Assembly (NCBI GenBank): GCA_977017575.1
Contig: CDRNVI010000109.1
Coordinates: forward strand, 1 to 48,265
Reading direction: 5' to 3'
Source: Paramoeba atlantica
Taxonomy: Eukaryota > Protista > Discosea
Length of the DNA stretch: 48,265 nucleotides
Below are positions 1-12,565 of this stretch, piece by piece (the stretch's first letter is position 1; each line of letters opens with the position of its first letter). Made by a program: the position numbers and the translations under genes. A model generated the notes under the pieces. It worked only from the letters and a program-made list of their open reading frames with translations. It was not told the origin of the DNA and searched no databases.

Positions 1-2
1 TC

Positions 3-2688
3 AAGCACAATCAAGCCAACTGGCATATCAAAGAGAATCCGGAGATGCCGGGGATTGAGATGGCGGTTGGAGTGTTTAGTCGGTTGTTGTTTGGTGAACA
101 TACCGCACCCAATGAGGTGTTTTCGTTTTTTGATGCCAAAGATGTTGCCTATCCGGTACTCATCTCACAGACGGTGCCTGGAGAGAACTTACAAACGGCG
201 TTGAATCAGCCTAAGAAAGCACAGGTTAACGCCGTATTACGCCAGTTACATCCGCAGTACACTTGCGAGCAAATCCTGTTGGCGATGTTAGTGCACCCTG
301 AAGATGGTAAGCCGGATAACTATCAACTGTTACCGGTGATAACAACACGGCCGGATGGCCAATCTGTCACGCGTTATCGCATTGTGGGGATTGACAATGA
401 CCATGCGTTTTGTCAAACCAGTGATGATGGAAAAAGGGCATCGGACGTTGCAAGTCAAATGTGTGTTATTTTGTTTGGATACTATGCGACGGCCAGTCCA
501 TCCAGCCGTGCGGCAGCGCTTACTTCATTTGAACCCAGTCGCATTTTTAGAAAGCTGGTTAGAGCAGTTAATGGCCTATCATGAACGCTCAATGAGTTTA
601 TTTGATAAGAAAGCGCGTCACCGGTTATTTAAAGTGAAAGTTGATTTGAAACAGTTAGCCCGCAAGGTGGCCCTGCGCGAAGTGCGTGAGCGTTTGCCGG
701 TGGTGGTGACGGTTCCATTTCGCGATGGGGCGATAACCGAGATGTGGGACAGGTTGGTGCGGTTACAGCAAGCGTTGCATGACAATCCGATGATAACCCA
801 TTTGCAATTATTAAAAGAAATCACCCCGAGCTTAGGCGTTGTGTATGAAGAAGCGTTTGAGGTGCATGAAGAGTCGGAGGAAGTGGCTGCGCGGTTTTCA
901 TGAGGTAGCTAACACCCATTACTCCACCGCGATAGCCGGGCGCTATGCGACTTTGACCACCAGTCGTCAAGCACTACAAGCGGCGGGGTTCTCAGACAAA
1001 GAGCAAAAGGCGTTGTTAGAAGACGGCGATAAGGGAGTGAGTTTTACCCCAAGGCATGCGTTGATGCAGTTGAGCCAAGGGGTGGAGCAGAAGGCGAAGT
1101 TAGCCTCTTATGTAAGCGCGTTAGCGGATGGGAACACCTCGGTGTTTCAAGCCATATTATCGGAGCAGGTCAAGGAAGACGTGGTGAATCGTTTGGACTT
1201 TAGGCAGATGATGGTAGCGGGCAGCAAGCAGGCGGATGAGGCAAAACAAAAGGCGATATTGAACTGATTGTCAATGAGCAAATTGGGTTTCACACATTGA
1301 CGATTCGTCACTGTGCGGCATTGACGGATGAGACTCTCGCAGCGTTACTGAAAAATGCACCGGAGCTCAGTCGGTTAACGTTGATAGATTGCCCGCAAGT
1401 GAGCGATAAATTGGGTAAGACAATTGAAAAGTACACATCGCACTTGACGACATTGACACTAAGGCAATTACCCAAACTTGAGGGCTTGGGTAATAGAGTG
1501 GTCGCAGGGCTGGTAAATCGAGTCGTCAGTTATGACCCGATTAATCTGCCACACCTGCGGCGAGTGAATGTCAGTGACAATCTTCAGTTAAGTGCCCTTG
1601 CTATTCAATCACGAGCGTTGACGTTGGCGACAATCAAGCACAGTCCGGTATTGACCGAATTGACGTTGTTCTGTGAAGGACTGAAAGCATTGGATGTGAG
1701 TGAGTGTGCGCAATTGAGTGATAATGGTTTACACAAAGCGTTGCAGTTTTATCAAGTGCTGCCGAGACTGAATGTAGATAACTGCCCGGCGATACGCGTA
1801 GAGCTATGGCATTGTATGGAACATGTCAGCCAACAGGCGGTATCAAGCTTTCCAAAGTGGAATATGAAAGTCTGGCAGCAATCGGTGTTGTCATTGTTGC
1901 CATATGCATCAGATGCAGTGGTACAATTAGACATAACAGCAATCGAACCGAATCAAGTAGCCTTAGTTATGGGATTGGTGGCGTTTAATCCTGATGCGCA
2001 CACAGTATTAGTGACCTTGTCACCAAAGAACATCGCCACCTCACTGATGCCACTGCTAACCCTATTACAAAGCAATCACAACATGGCCGCACTGTGCATC
2101 ACTGGAGCATCGTTGGATACTGTGATGACTGAACAAGTGATAATGGCTGTTGCGCGTTGCGCAAATGTCCGTATGGTGGCACTGACAGTTGATAATAGCC
2201 AATTAGCAATTGCGCAGTTGCAACAGGTGACGCAGTTAACGCAAGTGATGGTAAATGGAGTGAACATGACATCACCGTTGCAAGCAGGTAGTGCTACAAA
2301 CATAGCGGCTATTCCTAATGATGTGAGAGGACAGCAAGCGATGATGGTGGATGTATTGGCGTTAGTGATGCAGCATGAATCATTACTGATACGTCAATCA
2401 GCAGCCAATACATTAGCTTTAATGAGTGCGGCTGGGAAATTGTCCGAATGCAAACAGCAAGTCGCTGCCTTGCTATCCAATGAGAGTCCAACGCCGTTAA
2501 CGACACAACAAGCTGAACCAGTGATACTATCTTCTGTTTCCGTAGTGAGCAGTTCATTGTCAGCCGGTTTAATCAGTCAGTTTGGGGCAATTGCTCGCAA
2601 GAAAGAAGAAGCAAGTAATAGTGATAATGATGAGTCAGCAACTGTAGTGGCTGAACCTTTGAGGCAAATAGAAATGGGGCTTGGGTAA
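3..2688 (+). CDS. Large putative secreted effector, split by about 3 frameshifts and open at the 5' window edge: atypical kinase-like N-terminus plus eukaryote-like leucine-rich repeats
   Basis: ORF pieces 45-584, 355-903, 839-1267 and 1297-2688 are collinear on one strand. Motifs HPEDGKPDNY and IVGIDNDHAF resemble the catalytic loop and metal-binding motifs of PI3/PI4K- or HipA-like kinases. IRHCAALTDETLAALLKNAPELSRLTLIDCPQVSD is a cysteine-containing (FBXL/AMN1-type) LRR. Confidence 0.55.
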
Positions 2689-2798
2689 TGCTGCAAAGAG
2701 ATTTACCCTCAGCGGTCAGTTTTGTTCCTGACACCGCTATGCATAGACCAGCTCCAACTAGTACGGGGTCAAAACACTACAATATCGCGCACTTAACT

Positions 2799-2833
2799 AC
2801 CCCGCACTTCGTTTGCTAAAGTGCGGGGTTTTT
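2799..2833 (+). terminator. Rho-independent terminator
   Basis: ACCCCGCACTT / AAGTGCGGGGT inverted repeat followed by a T-run, about 110 bp after the effector stop codon. Confidence 0.7.
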
Positions 2834-2981
2834 AGAGGATTGGCGATTTTTAGGGCACAAAATTAGGAAAAATCGCCAAAAATTGGCAACTTGAGGTCAA
2901 CGAATCGCCCCCAAAAGCCTTTGTATTACTAAGCACTTTTTCAATCGAGATTTTGTTGTAGAAAGGTTAGCGAAAAGTGAC

Positions 2982-3071
2982 TGGCGGAGAGGGCGGGATT
3001 CGAACCCGCGATACGGGGATACCGTATACACACTTTCCAGCGTGCTCCTTAAGCCACTCGGACACCTCTCC
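2982..3071 (-). tRNA. Bacterial tRNA-Ser(GGA) with encoded CCA
   Basis: Reverse complement is GGAGAGGTGTCCGAGTGGCTTAAGGAGCACGCTGGAAAGTGTGTATACGG...GGGTTCGAATCCCGCCCTCTCCGCCA, with a long variable arm. One C appears missing from the anticodon stem (CACGC-CTGGAAA expected). Confidence 0.93.
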
Positions 3072-3127
3072 TATAATAAGCGAAGCAAGCGTAAACGAGA
3101 ATGAAGTAAGGCGCAAGATAAGGATGA

Positions 3128-4259
3128 TCAGCTGCTAAATAAATGAATAAGTAGGCGTTCGTAAATATTAGTTAGTTGGATCAAGTCATCGACACGTACA
3201 CATTCGTTGACTTGATGAATGGTGCTATTGCATGGGCCTAATTCGACAACTTCAGTGTGATCAGATGCGATAAAGCGTCCGTCTGATGTGCCACCGTCTG
3301 TCGCAGATCGCGGTGATGTGCCGATGACATCAACAATGGCATTATTAACACATTGCCGCAATGTTCCTGATTTAGTATAAAACGATGGACTGGGGATTGC
3401 CAATCGATACTAAAATCTAATTGATGGCGTTTTAAATACCTCTATAATACGTTGTTGCAAATTATCAGCAGTGCTGTCTGGGCAATGACGTAAATTAAAA
3501 TTAACCTGTAATTCACCCGGGATCACATTGGTTGCGCCAGTGCCTGCGTGAGTGTTGGCAATTTGAAATGTTGTTGGTGGAAAGTCAGCATTGCCGTCAT
3601 CCCAATGTAGTTGAGTTAACTCCAGTAATGCAGGCAATGCATTGTGAATTGGATTACTAGCAAGGGTAGGGGTAGGCAACATGGCCTTGTTTACCGTGCA
3701 CTGTTACGGATCCGGTTAATGAACCACGTCGACCTATTTTAATCGTATCGCCGACGGTATGCTGGCTAGAGGGTTCGCCTACTAAACAATAATCAATCTG
3801 TTCGCCGCGCGCGGTTAATGTTTCCATGACTTTTGCTGTGCCATTAATAGCAGCACCTTCTTCATCACTTGTGATCAAAAAACCAATGCTACCGTTAAGG
3901 GTGGGTTGTTTTGTTAAAAATTGCGAACAGGCAGCGATCATCGCTGCCAAACTGCCTTTCATGTCTGCTGCACCACGACCATATAAATAACCGTCACGAA
4001 TTGTTGGGGTAAATGGGTCGGATTGCCAAGCAGACACATCACCAGGTGGTACCACATCAGTGTGTCCAGCAAATACAAATAAGGGTGCACGATCACCAAT
4101 ACGTGCCCATAGATTGCTAACATCTTTAAATGGTAATTGTTCTGTGTGAAATCCCAATTGCGTTAACTGTTCGGAAAGATAGGTTTGACAGCCAGCATCA
4201 TCTGGCGTAACAGAAGGGCGACTAATCAGTGCATTGGCAATCTCAACAACGGTTTGCAT
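3128..4259 (-). CDS. dapE: Succinyl-diaminopimelate desuccinylase (2 frameshifts)
   Basis: Motifs [56 protein letters not shown] and IHQVNE across three ORF pieces. Confidence 0.95.
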
Positions 4260-4266
4260 TACTTAA

Positions 4267-5096
4267 TTAGTCCATGTCATCACGTAATAATTCATTAAGA
4301 CTAACTTTACTGCGGGTTTTTTCATCCACTTGTTTGACGATGACGACGCAATAAATACTATGAGTGCCGTCTTTTGCCGGTAAGTTCCCAGGCACAACCA
4401 CTGAGCCAGCTGGGATCCGACCATAACTGATTTCCCAGTTTGGCGATGATAAATACGCGTGCTTTGCCCTAAGAAAACACCCATTGAAATCACTGAGCCT
4501 CGCTCAACGATCACGCCTTCAACAATTTCAGAGCGTGCACCAATAAAACAATCATCTTCAATAATGGTTGGCGTTGCTTGCAGTGGTTCTAAGATCCCGC
4601 CAATACCTGCACCGCCGGATAAATGCACATTTTTACAATTTGCGCACAGGATCCGACCGATGCCCAGGTATCAACTAAACAACCACTATCGATATAAGCC
4701 CCAATGTTAACAAACGATGGCATCAGTACAGTGTTAGCAGCAACATAACTGCCATAGCGTACGTTACCAGGTGGTACCACACGTACACCGGTTTGTTTAA
4801 ATTGTTCGCTAGTATAATTAGCAAATTTTAAAGGCACTTTATCAAACGCAGCAGCTACACCGGTATTTAGCACCGTATTATCTTGAGTGCGAAATGATAG
4901 TAACACCGCCTTTTTTATCCATTCATGTGTTACCCAGTGTCCATTTTTGTTTTTCAGCCACCCTGATCTCACCGCTATCTAACATGCTTAATACTTCTTG
5001 AATAGCCTGTTTATCGTTAGTACTCGCTGTGTTTACAGTTAAATTGGCGCGTTGCTCAAATAGTTTATCAATGTTTATTTGCAATGTTTCAGACAT
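4267..5096 (-). CDS. dapD: Tetrahydrodipicolinate N-succinyltransferase (frameshifted)
   Basis: [80 protein letters not shown]; lies directly upstream of dapE. Confidence 0.95.
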
Positions 5097-5166
5097 CAGT
5101 TAACTCCAAGTTGTTTGCAATGTTATAAGGGGTTAGTAGCCTGTTAGTTTGTTAACGATTGATTAT

Positions 5167-8100
5167 CTAATTCATCTGGATCAACAAACACGTCTTCTTC
5201 GTGTTTTTGGCCAACATAGTATACACCACAGGCACTACGAATAGTGAGAATAAGGTGCCAAACGACATCCCACCAACGATCACAAAGCCAATTTGGTGAC
5301 GTGCATTAGCACCGGCGCCGGAAGCAAGTGCCAATGGTACTGCCCCTAATACCATCGCAGCAGTTGTCATTAAAATAGGGCGCAAGCGTAAAAGAAGCTG
5401 ACTCAAGTACGGCTTCTCGAATACTTAATCCTTTCATTTGTAATTGATTGGCAAATTCAACGATTAAAATACCGTGCTTACTGATAAGACCAATTAAGGT
5501 AATTAATCCAATCTTGCTGTAAATATTTAATGAATTACCTGGAATGATTTTTAATACGTATAACGCACCAGCAACTGATAATAATACGGTTGACATCACA
5601 ATCAACGGATCGCGATAACTTTCAAATTGTGCAGATAATACTAAAAAGATAAATAATACGGCAAATAACATGGCTTGTTGCATTGCATCAGAGGCTTGTA
5701 CTGTTTGTCTAGACTGATTAGCATAATCGATATGTATTTAGAAGGCAGGATTTTTTCAGCCGCAGCATTTAGAAATTCAACGCTTGTCCTTGAGTATAGT
5801 TAGAGGCAATGAGGCATTTAAGGTGGCCGATGGCATTTGCTGAAAATGGTTGATACTTTGTGGTACGGTTTGTGGGATGATAGTCACTAAATTAGATAAG
5901 GGCACTACATCACCATTTTGCGTGTTGACATAATAATTTTTAATATTACCTGGCTCATTTTTATATAAAAAGTTATCAGTTAATTCAGGGATGGCATAAT
6001 AACTACGATTACGCATGTCAAATAAGATAGTTTGTGGCTCACCCATTTAAGTAAGATAGGGTGTTTGCAATGTCAGCCATGCTGACGCCTAATATCCCAG
6101 CGCGATCTCGATTAATATCAACCAATAATTGCGGTGAGTCGATCAATAAGTCAGTGGTGGCACTACGAAAGCCTGGGTTTTTATTTGCTTCGCTAATTAA
6201 TTGCTGCATGTAATTATTTAATTCGTTAATACCCACATCACCGTTTAATACGAACGATACTGGGGCACCACCACCAGTACTTGGCAAAGAAGGTGGCGGG
6301 AAGGCTTGTACAATTAACCCAGGGTTAGCTTTTAATGCGGGATTAATGCTATGTAAAATTTCCATGAACTGCGTTTGCGTTGTGACCAGGGTACAAAACT
6401 AATGAATGAAAAACCGAAATTAGTGCCACCAAAGCCAGCAAAAATCCCATAGTGTTTGCGTTCTGGAACGGTATCATAGACTTTCTGAATTTCATCAGAA
6501 TATTTATTCATGTATTGAATGTTAGCAGCAGTTGGCCCGATTAATTGGGCAATATAATACGCCTTGATCTTCTACGGGTGCTAAATCTTCTGGTAATGAG
6601 GTATATAAAAAATAACAGGATAGATAAACCAGTGCGCCTAATAAAATAATCCACTGACGTTTTGTCGATAACACGGCTTAATAACTGTTTATAAGATTGC
6701 ATTAAATTGCTAAAGATGGCATCTATTTTATGTGCAAAACCAGTTTGACTGATCCCACCTGCCATAAATCTGGCACACATCATCGGTGACAAGGTTAAGG
6801 CAATAAAACCAGAGACAACGACTGCGCCAGCTAAGGTAAATGAGAATTCACGGAACATGGTGCCCACCATCCCGCTGGTAAACCCAATCGGTATATATAC
6901 TGCTGCCAGCGTGAACGTCATCGCAATGATCGCAAAACGAATTTCACGTGCACCTTTAATCGCAGCTTGTAACGGTGGCAATGCCTTCTTCAATGTGTCG
7001 GTGAATATTTTCTAACACGACAATGGCATCATCAACGACTAATCCAATTGCCAGTACCCACGCCAATAACGTTAATGTATTTACTGAATAACCCATTGCA
7101 TACATGTAACCGCATACACCGATTAACGATAAGGGAATAGTGACAATGGGCACGAAGAAAGTGCGTAAGTCACCAATAAATAAGAAAATGACTAAGATAA
7201 CCAGTCCAGTGGCTTCAAAAAATGGTTTTATACACTTCACGAATTGAATCTTTAATGAATTCAGATGAATCATAAAGCAACTGCATTTTCATCCCATCTG
7301 GCATACTCGATTCAAGTTCTGGCATTAATGCGCGAATGCCACGAGACACTGCCAATGGATTAGCCGTTGACTTAGGGATGATCCCAATCACCGTGTTGTC
7401 TTTACCGTCAATATTAGAAAAACTATCGTATTGTTGTGCACCTAATTCTGCATTACCTACATCACGTAGGCGAATTAAATGACTGCCATCATTTTTGATA
7501 ACTAGGTTGTTAAATTCTTCTGCTGTATTTTAAATCGGTGGCAGCAATTACATTGAATTGTTGTGCGTGTGTTTTTAATTGGCCAGCGGCGGCTTGCAAG
7601 TTGTTGGCTTTCAGTGCTTTATACACATCATTGGCGGTTAAATTGCGCGCTGCCATCTTTTGAGGATCCAGGTTAATCCGCATTGCATAGACACGTTCAC
7701 CAAACACCGTTGCCTGACCAACCCCATCGATAATTTGCATTTGTGGTTGTACTACTCGGATTAAATAATCAGTCACCGCTTCTTGGGACATGCTAGGATT
7801 GCTAAAAGCAATGTACATGGTAGGTTTTGCCGATGGATCCAGTTTAGAGACAACTGGATCTTGAATCTCTTGTGGCAATTGCCAACGTACCGATGAAATC
7901 TGATTCATAACATCGGTAATCGCGACGTTAATGTCGTAATCTTGTTTTAGGTAAATTGTAATGGTAGATGCACTATAACTGCTCGACGATATCATGTAGT
8001 CGATACCATCGACGCTACTGATTGCACTTTCTAGTGGTGTCGTGACAAACCCTTCCATCAATGCAGCACTAGCGCCATTGTAAGCAACGTAAACTTGGAT

Positions 8101-8233
8101 GGTGGAGACTTCAATTTGTGGATATTGGCGCACAGTCATATTGCTAAATGACACTAAGCCAATTAGCACTAGAATTAAGCTTAACACGGTTGCAAACACC
8201 GGTCGGCGAATAAATGTATCAGTAAAACTGCAT
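5167..8233 (-). CDS. RND (HAE1/AcrB-like) efflux permease, many frameshifts
   Basis: Starts MQF(T)DTFIRRPVFATV; contains GLVVDDAIVVLENIHR, ALTLSPMMCA, KHGILIVEFAN and LRPILMTT. Confidence 0.92.
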
Positions 8234-8254
8234 CAGGTTATTTCACTTAACAAA

Positions 8255-9333
8255 TCACGATTGCTTGGATGATGTTGTTTGACTATCTGTTATGCTTGGC
8301 TTAACAGCAACACCATCAGATAATTTATTTTGTCCGCTAGTCACCACAATATCATTGGCTTTAATTCCAGTCACACTGACTGATTCTCCTTGGGTTTGGG
8401 TGAATTTTACATCGGTTTTTACTGCTTTGTTATTAACGACTGTATAAACAAAATCACTAACATTATTATATATGAGTGCTTGTTGTGGGATCACAATAAC
8501 TGGCTGTGGTTCACCGACATATAAGGTCACATTAACAAAACTGCCTGGAACTAAACTGTGATCATCATTGGGAATACTTGCCCATACACCAATACTGCGA
8601 GTGTTGAGATCAAGTGCAGAGTCAGTTGCATAGACATTTCCACTAAATGTTCTGCCGGGATAGGTATCTGATGTCATTGTGACTTTTTGCCCAATTTGAA
8701 TGAGAGGGATATACCGTTGTGGTACAGTAAATTCAACCCGCATTGGATCGATCGATTCTAAATTCACAATCGGGTCACCCTTATCTAAGAATTGCCCTAA
8801 ATCAATTTGACGCAATCCTAATTGGCCCGAGAAGGGCGCTAAAATTAATTTTAATTCAAGTTCAGCTTGAGCTTTCTCTGCTTCGGCACGGGCTTGATCT
8901 AAGTTTGCTTTTTGAGTATCAACATCTTGCTTTGATCCAACGTTTTTATTATATAGATCCAACATGCGTTGATAATTAGCTTTATCCAACGGAATTTGTG
9001 ACAATGCGCTAGCTAAATTAGCCCGTTCAATACTGTTATCCAGCTGTACTAATGGCGCATTTTGTTCGACATAATCGCCCGATTTGAAAAAGATTTTGGT
9101 GACAATACCATCGGTCTCCGGGCTGACAACCACACCTTGATTGGCTGACAAGCTGCCGGTGGCTTCAATTTTTTTGTTGCCAATCATCAGACACGGCTTT
9201 AGTAGCTTCGACAACTTGTGGACCGGTCATAGGCTGGCGTTTGGGTGGGAATACGATCATCTTAACTGACCAGGCAATCAAGAGAACTAATAATATACCG
9301 CCGATGAGTTGAAAAAAGACGCTTTTTAATCAT
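8255..9333 (-). CDS. RND membrane-fusion (periplasmic adaptor) protein, 1 frameshift
   Basis: GSLSANQGVVVSPETDGIVTKI, APFSGQLG and PGSFVNV; hydrophobic N-terminus; directly upstream of the permease. Confidence 0.92.
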
Positions 9334-9676
9334 TATATGTTCCCTTTTTGTCTTGCAGATGTTTAACATGGTAATGCTGGGCTGCACTTAATAGCCAGTT
9401 GATTGGCTAACTCATGACATCTGTAAGATAAACCATCCTGATATCAGTTGTCTCGATTTTACTGTATTTAATAGAATATGGCTAACACTTATGTTCACTT
9501 TTTAAAGCGTGGCTTTGTTTTGGATAAGGAATAAATAGATTGCCTAGAAAATTAGCGCCATAAATGGCTTATAAAAACATCAAAATCAAATAAATATAAT
9601 CATTACTTCAAGTAATAATTTGAGCCAGAGCGAATGTTAAGCTAAATGTTAATGTCAATTATATATTTGCTGCTAT

Positions 9677-11334
9677 TCATAAAGCTGGAGCTGATGATTC
9701 CAGTGCTGGCTGTGGTTCTCGGAAAGCGCCATTTTCAAATTCCCGCGACCACGATGTACCAGACAGATAATGATTACCAGTGAATGCCAAATAGATAACT
9801 GGCTTGTCTTGAGGAACATCTTCTGGGTCCATGGAAGTGACTTTGTTATGATGTATCGGGAAGAAAGCACGAAAACCATCATCAGGTGTTCGCGTGTCGA
9901 TGATCGCAACAACTGTGTTTAAATTGTTTGGTAAACTCTAATATTTGATTTAACTCTGCCCATTCTTGATCTTGAGAATGTGGCGCAATTTGTTGACGCA
10001 ACTGTGTATGATCTATTTGCTTCAAATCAGGATGGTGACGTAACCGCATTTGTTTAATAACAGCTTCATACCAGCAATTACCATCATCAGTAACATCTTC
10101 TAATTCAAGGTCTTTGATTTTTTTTGGTCCAACATTATCAGGCTTATCGTCTAATGAATATTGTTTAGCAAGTGCTACTTGTTCTTCTCCTGTCCATGTG
10201 GCTGCAGATTGCCAAAGGCTCATGCTAAATTCAGAAAGTTGTGGGGATGTTTGGCTACTAGAAGAAGAGCTAGAAGAACTGGAAGAAGAGAATGATATTC
10301 GTTGCTGAGCATGAACAACTTTACCAGAGCCTTTTTTTGCCATGCCAGTTTGTTTAGACTTTAAAAAAGAAGGAGCTAAAATAGCTTTTTCATCTAATTC
10401 CTGTAATGCTAACGTATAGTTTGCGAGTGCTTCTGCAACACTATTTATGTTTTTATAATACTGATGCCCAGTTTTATTTCGAATTGAACGATATGCTGGG
10501 AATAAAATATCTTTTGTTTGTTGAAATAACAAATATAATCCTTGTAGTTGTCGCAAATGATCAAATTTATGTAGTAAGTTTATCCATATTGTTTGAATTG
10601 AGTCTGTTTTTATTTGTTGTTGAGACTGATTTGCCAGTAATAATTGATTGTGTAATATCAACAGAGCTGTAGGCAATTGCTTAACGTAAAATACCTTGCT
10701 GAATATCGTGTGCATATTCTCTTTTTGTTATTATCATTTCATCGAATGATTGTTTAGTTTTTTGATTACCAGAAATACTATCAATTTTGGATTGAGTAGC
10801 TGACACGCATTCGTTAATAAGTTCCTTAATCTCAAAACGTTCACCTTTAGCTTCACCTTGATCTAATTTAGTAAATTTTTCTGCAATGCCTTGTGCAAAA
10901 ATATCTAGAAATTGCTGGTATGCATCAGGATCCTTAAATGTACCGGAACGTGAGTCTGGTAAATTGTCAGGGTCAATAATATTAAACCAGTCGGGAATGG
11001 TTCACGTTTTATTTCTTTATACAAGTGGCATTGTATTAGTATGTCTAATACATTATTTATTCGAATAGATGGATTTAAAAATTTTACTAATGGATGAGAA
11101 GCATTAGAACGATATTCTTTCTCATATGTACGTAGTTCTCTTAAAGTATTAATTAATTGTTCTTTAGCTTCTTTATAGGTTAATAGACGTCTAGTTTGAG
11201 AATTATCTTTTTGATTTCTCTCTGAATGGGCGTTAGTAGGCCTTTCTCTACTAGTTGAGCTATTGAGATTTGCGGGATTACCTCTAAGATTTCTCTGATT
11301 TTGTTGTGTTGTTCTTGCTTTTGGCTCTTTAGCT
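9677..11334 (-). CDS. Putative effector with C-terminal OTU deubiquitinase domain; frameshifted, 5' end cut by IS3
   Basis: DVTDDGNCWYEAV (OTU Cys motif) and QEWAELNQI in ORF 9882-10715. After a frameshift, my hand translation gives PVIYLAFTGNHYLS (OTU His motif). A Ser-rich linker precedes the domain. Confidence 0.75.
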
Positions 11335-12260
11335 TGGTAACCCTCCCATAAAATAGACCTGTTTATAAGTAGAATATTCTGATAATTTATTACTCATCAG
11401 GAGATTTTGCGATGAAGAAAAGTAAATTGAGCACGACCCAAATAGTAACGATGTTGTCGGAAGGAGAAGCGGGATTATCGGCAGGGGATTTATGCCGCAA
11501 ATATCAGATTTCGTCTGCGACCTATTATAAGTTAAGAAGTCAATATGCGGGTATGAGTGTGTCCTGAGCTAAAACGCTTAAAGGAACTAGAGGCAGAGAA
11601 TCAGCGATTAAAAGCGATGTATGCTGATATTAGCTTGGAACATAAGATATTAAAAGAGGTACTTGAAAAAAAGTATCCAGAGCTGCTAGACGAGAATTAG
11701 TCAGTGCAATTTGCCAGAGATATTCATTGAGTATTAATCGCAGTTGCCAACTGATGTCTATCAGCAAGACAGGGTATTACTACAAGAGCAAGAAGCATAC
11801 ATCAGATGGAGAAATATTATCTTATTTGCTTAATTTAACAGACAAGTATACACGTTGGGGATTTGACAAGATGATGTTGAAAGTTAAACAAGAGCAAAGA
11901 GGTTTGGAACCATAAACGTGTTTATCGAGTTTACCGTGAACATGGGTTAAATATTAGGATAAAGCCTCGTAAACGATTAGCCAAAGGAGAAGCAAAGATG
12001 TTGTTGCAACCTATTGCCAGGAATATCTGTTTGGTCGATTGATTTTATGTCAGATGCATTAGCATGTGGCACTAAGTTTAGAACGTTTAATGTTATTGAT
12101 GATTATAACCGTGAATGTTTGCTGATTGAGGCAAGTTATTCTTTTTCCAGCCAAGCGAGTAACGCAATTGCTTGACCAAGTTGCCATAACCCAAGGTTAT
12201 CCAACAATGATACGTGTTGACCACGGGCCAGAATTTGAGTCTTATCATTTCAAGGAGTAG
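11335..12260 (+). mobile_element. IS3-family insertion sequence, 3'-truncated
   Basis: IRL-like TGGTAACCCTCCCATAAAATAGAC at 11335. OrfA from 11412 (MKKSKLS...LKELEAENQRLK) ends in an A7G slippery site (11666-11673). OrfB carries NHKRVYR, SIDFMSD, NVIDDYNRECL and RVDHGPEF, then breaks off before the catalytic E; no right IR is visible. Confidence 0.9.
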
Positions 12261-12300
12261 TTCATGGTACGTTTCACTCAATTTTTTTTTGTGAAATGAG
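12255..12300. other. Bacterial-to-eukaryotic sequence junction
   Basis: The IS3 transposase stops abruptly (FKE*). Downstream there are no bacterial operon genes, only eukaryotic transposon families. Confidence 0.8.
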
Positions 12301-12565
12301 TGACTAAATGAAACTTTTCTTCAATGGCGTGTTTTTTTAGCAAACAGTAAGAATTGGCAAAGTTTGGTAAAAAAGTGAACATATGTTGCGGCAACATATG
12401 TTGTGTCAACAAAAGTCGTGTTAATCCCAGAAATTAACATGACTTTTGTTGAACTTAATTTCCCCCCTGTATGCCCCCCATGGACCCCCCATGGACCCTC
12501 AACAAAAAAATCTCCACAAATATTTGTGCAACAAAAATTTGTGAATTTATTATTGTGCAACAATT

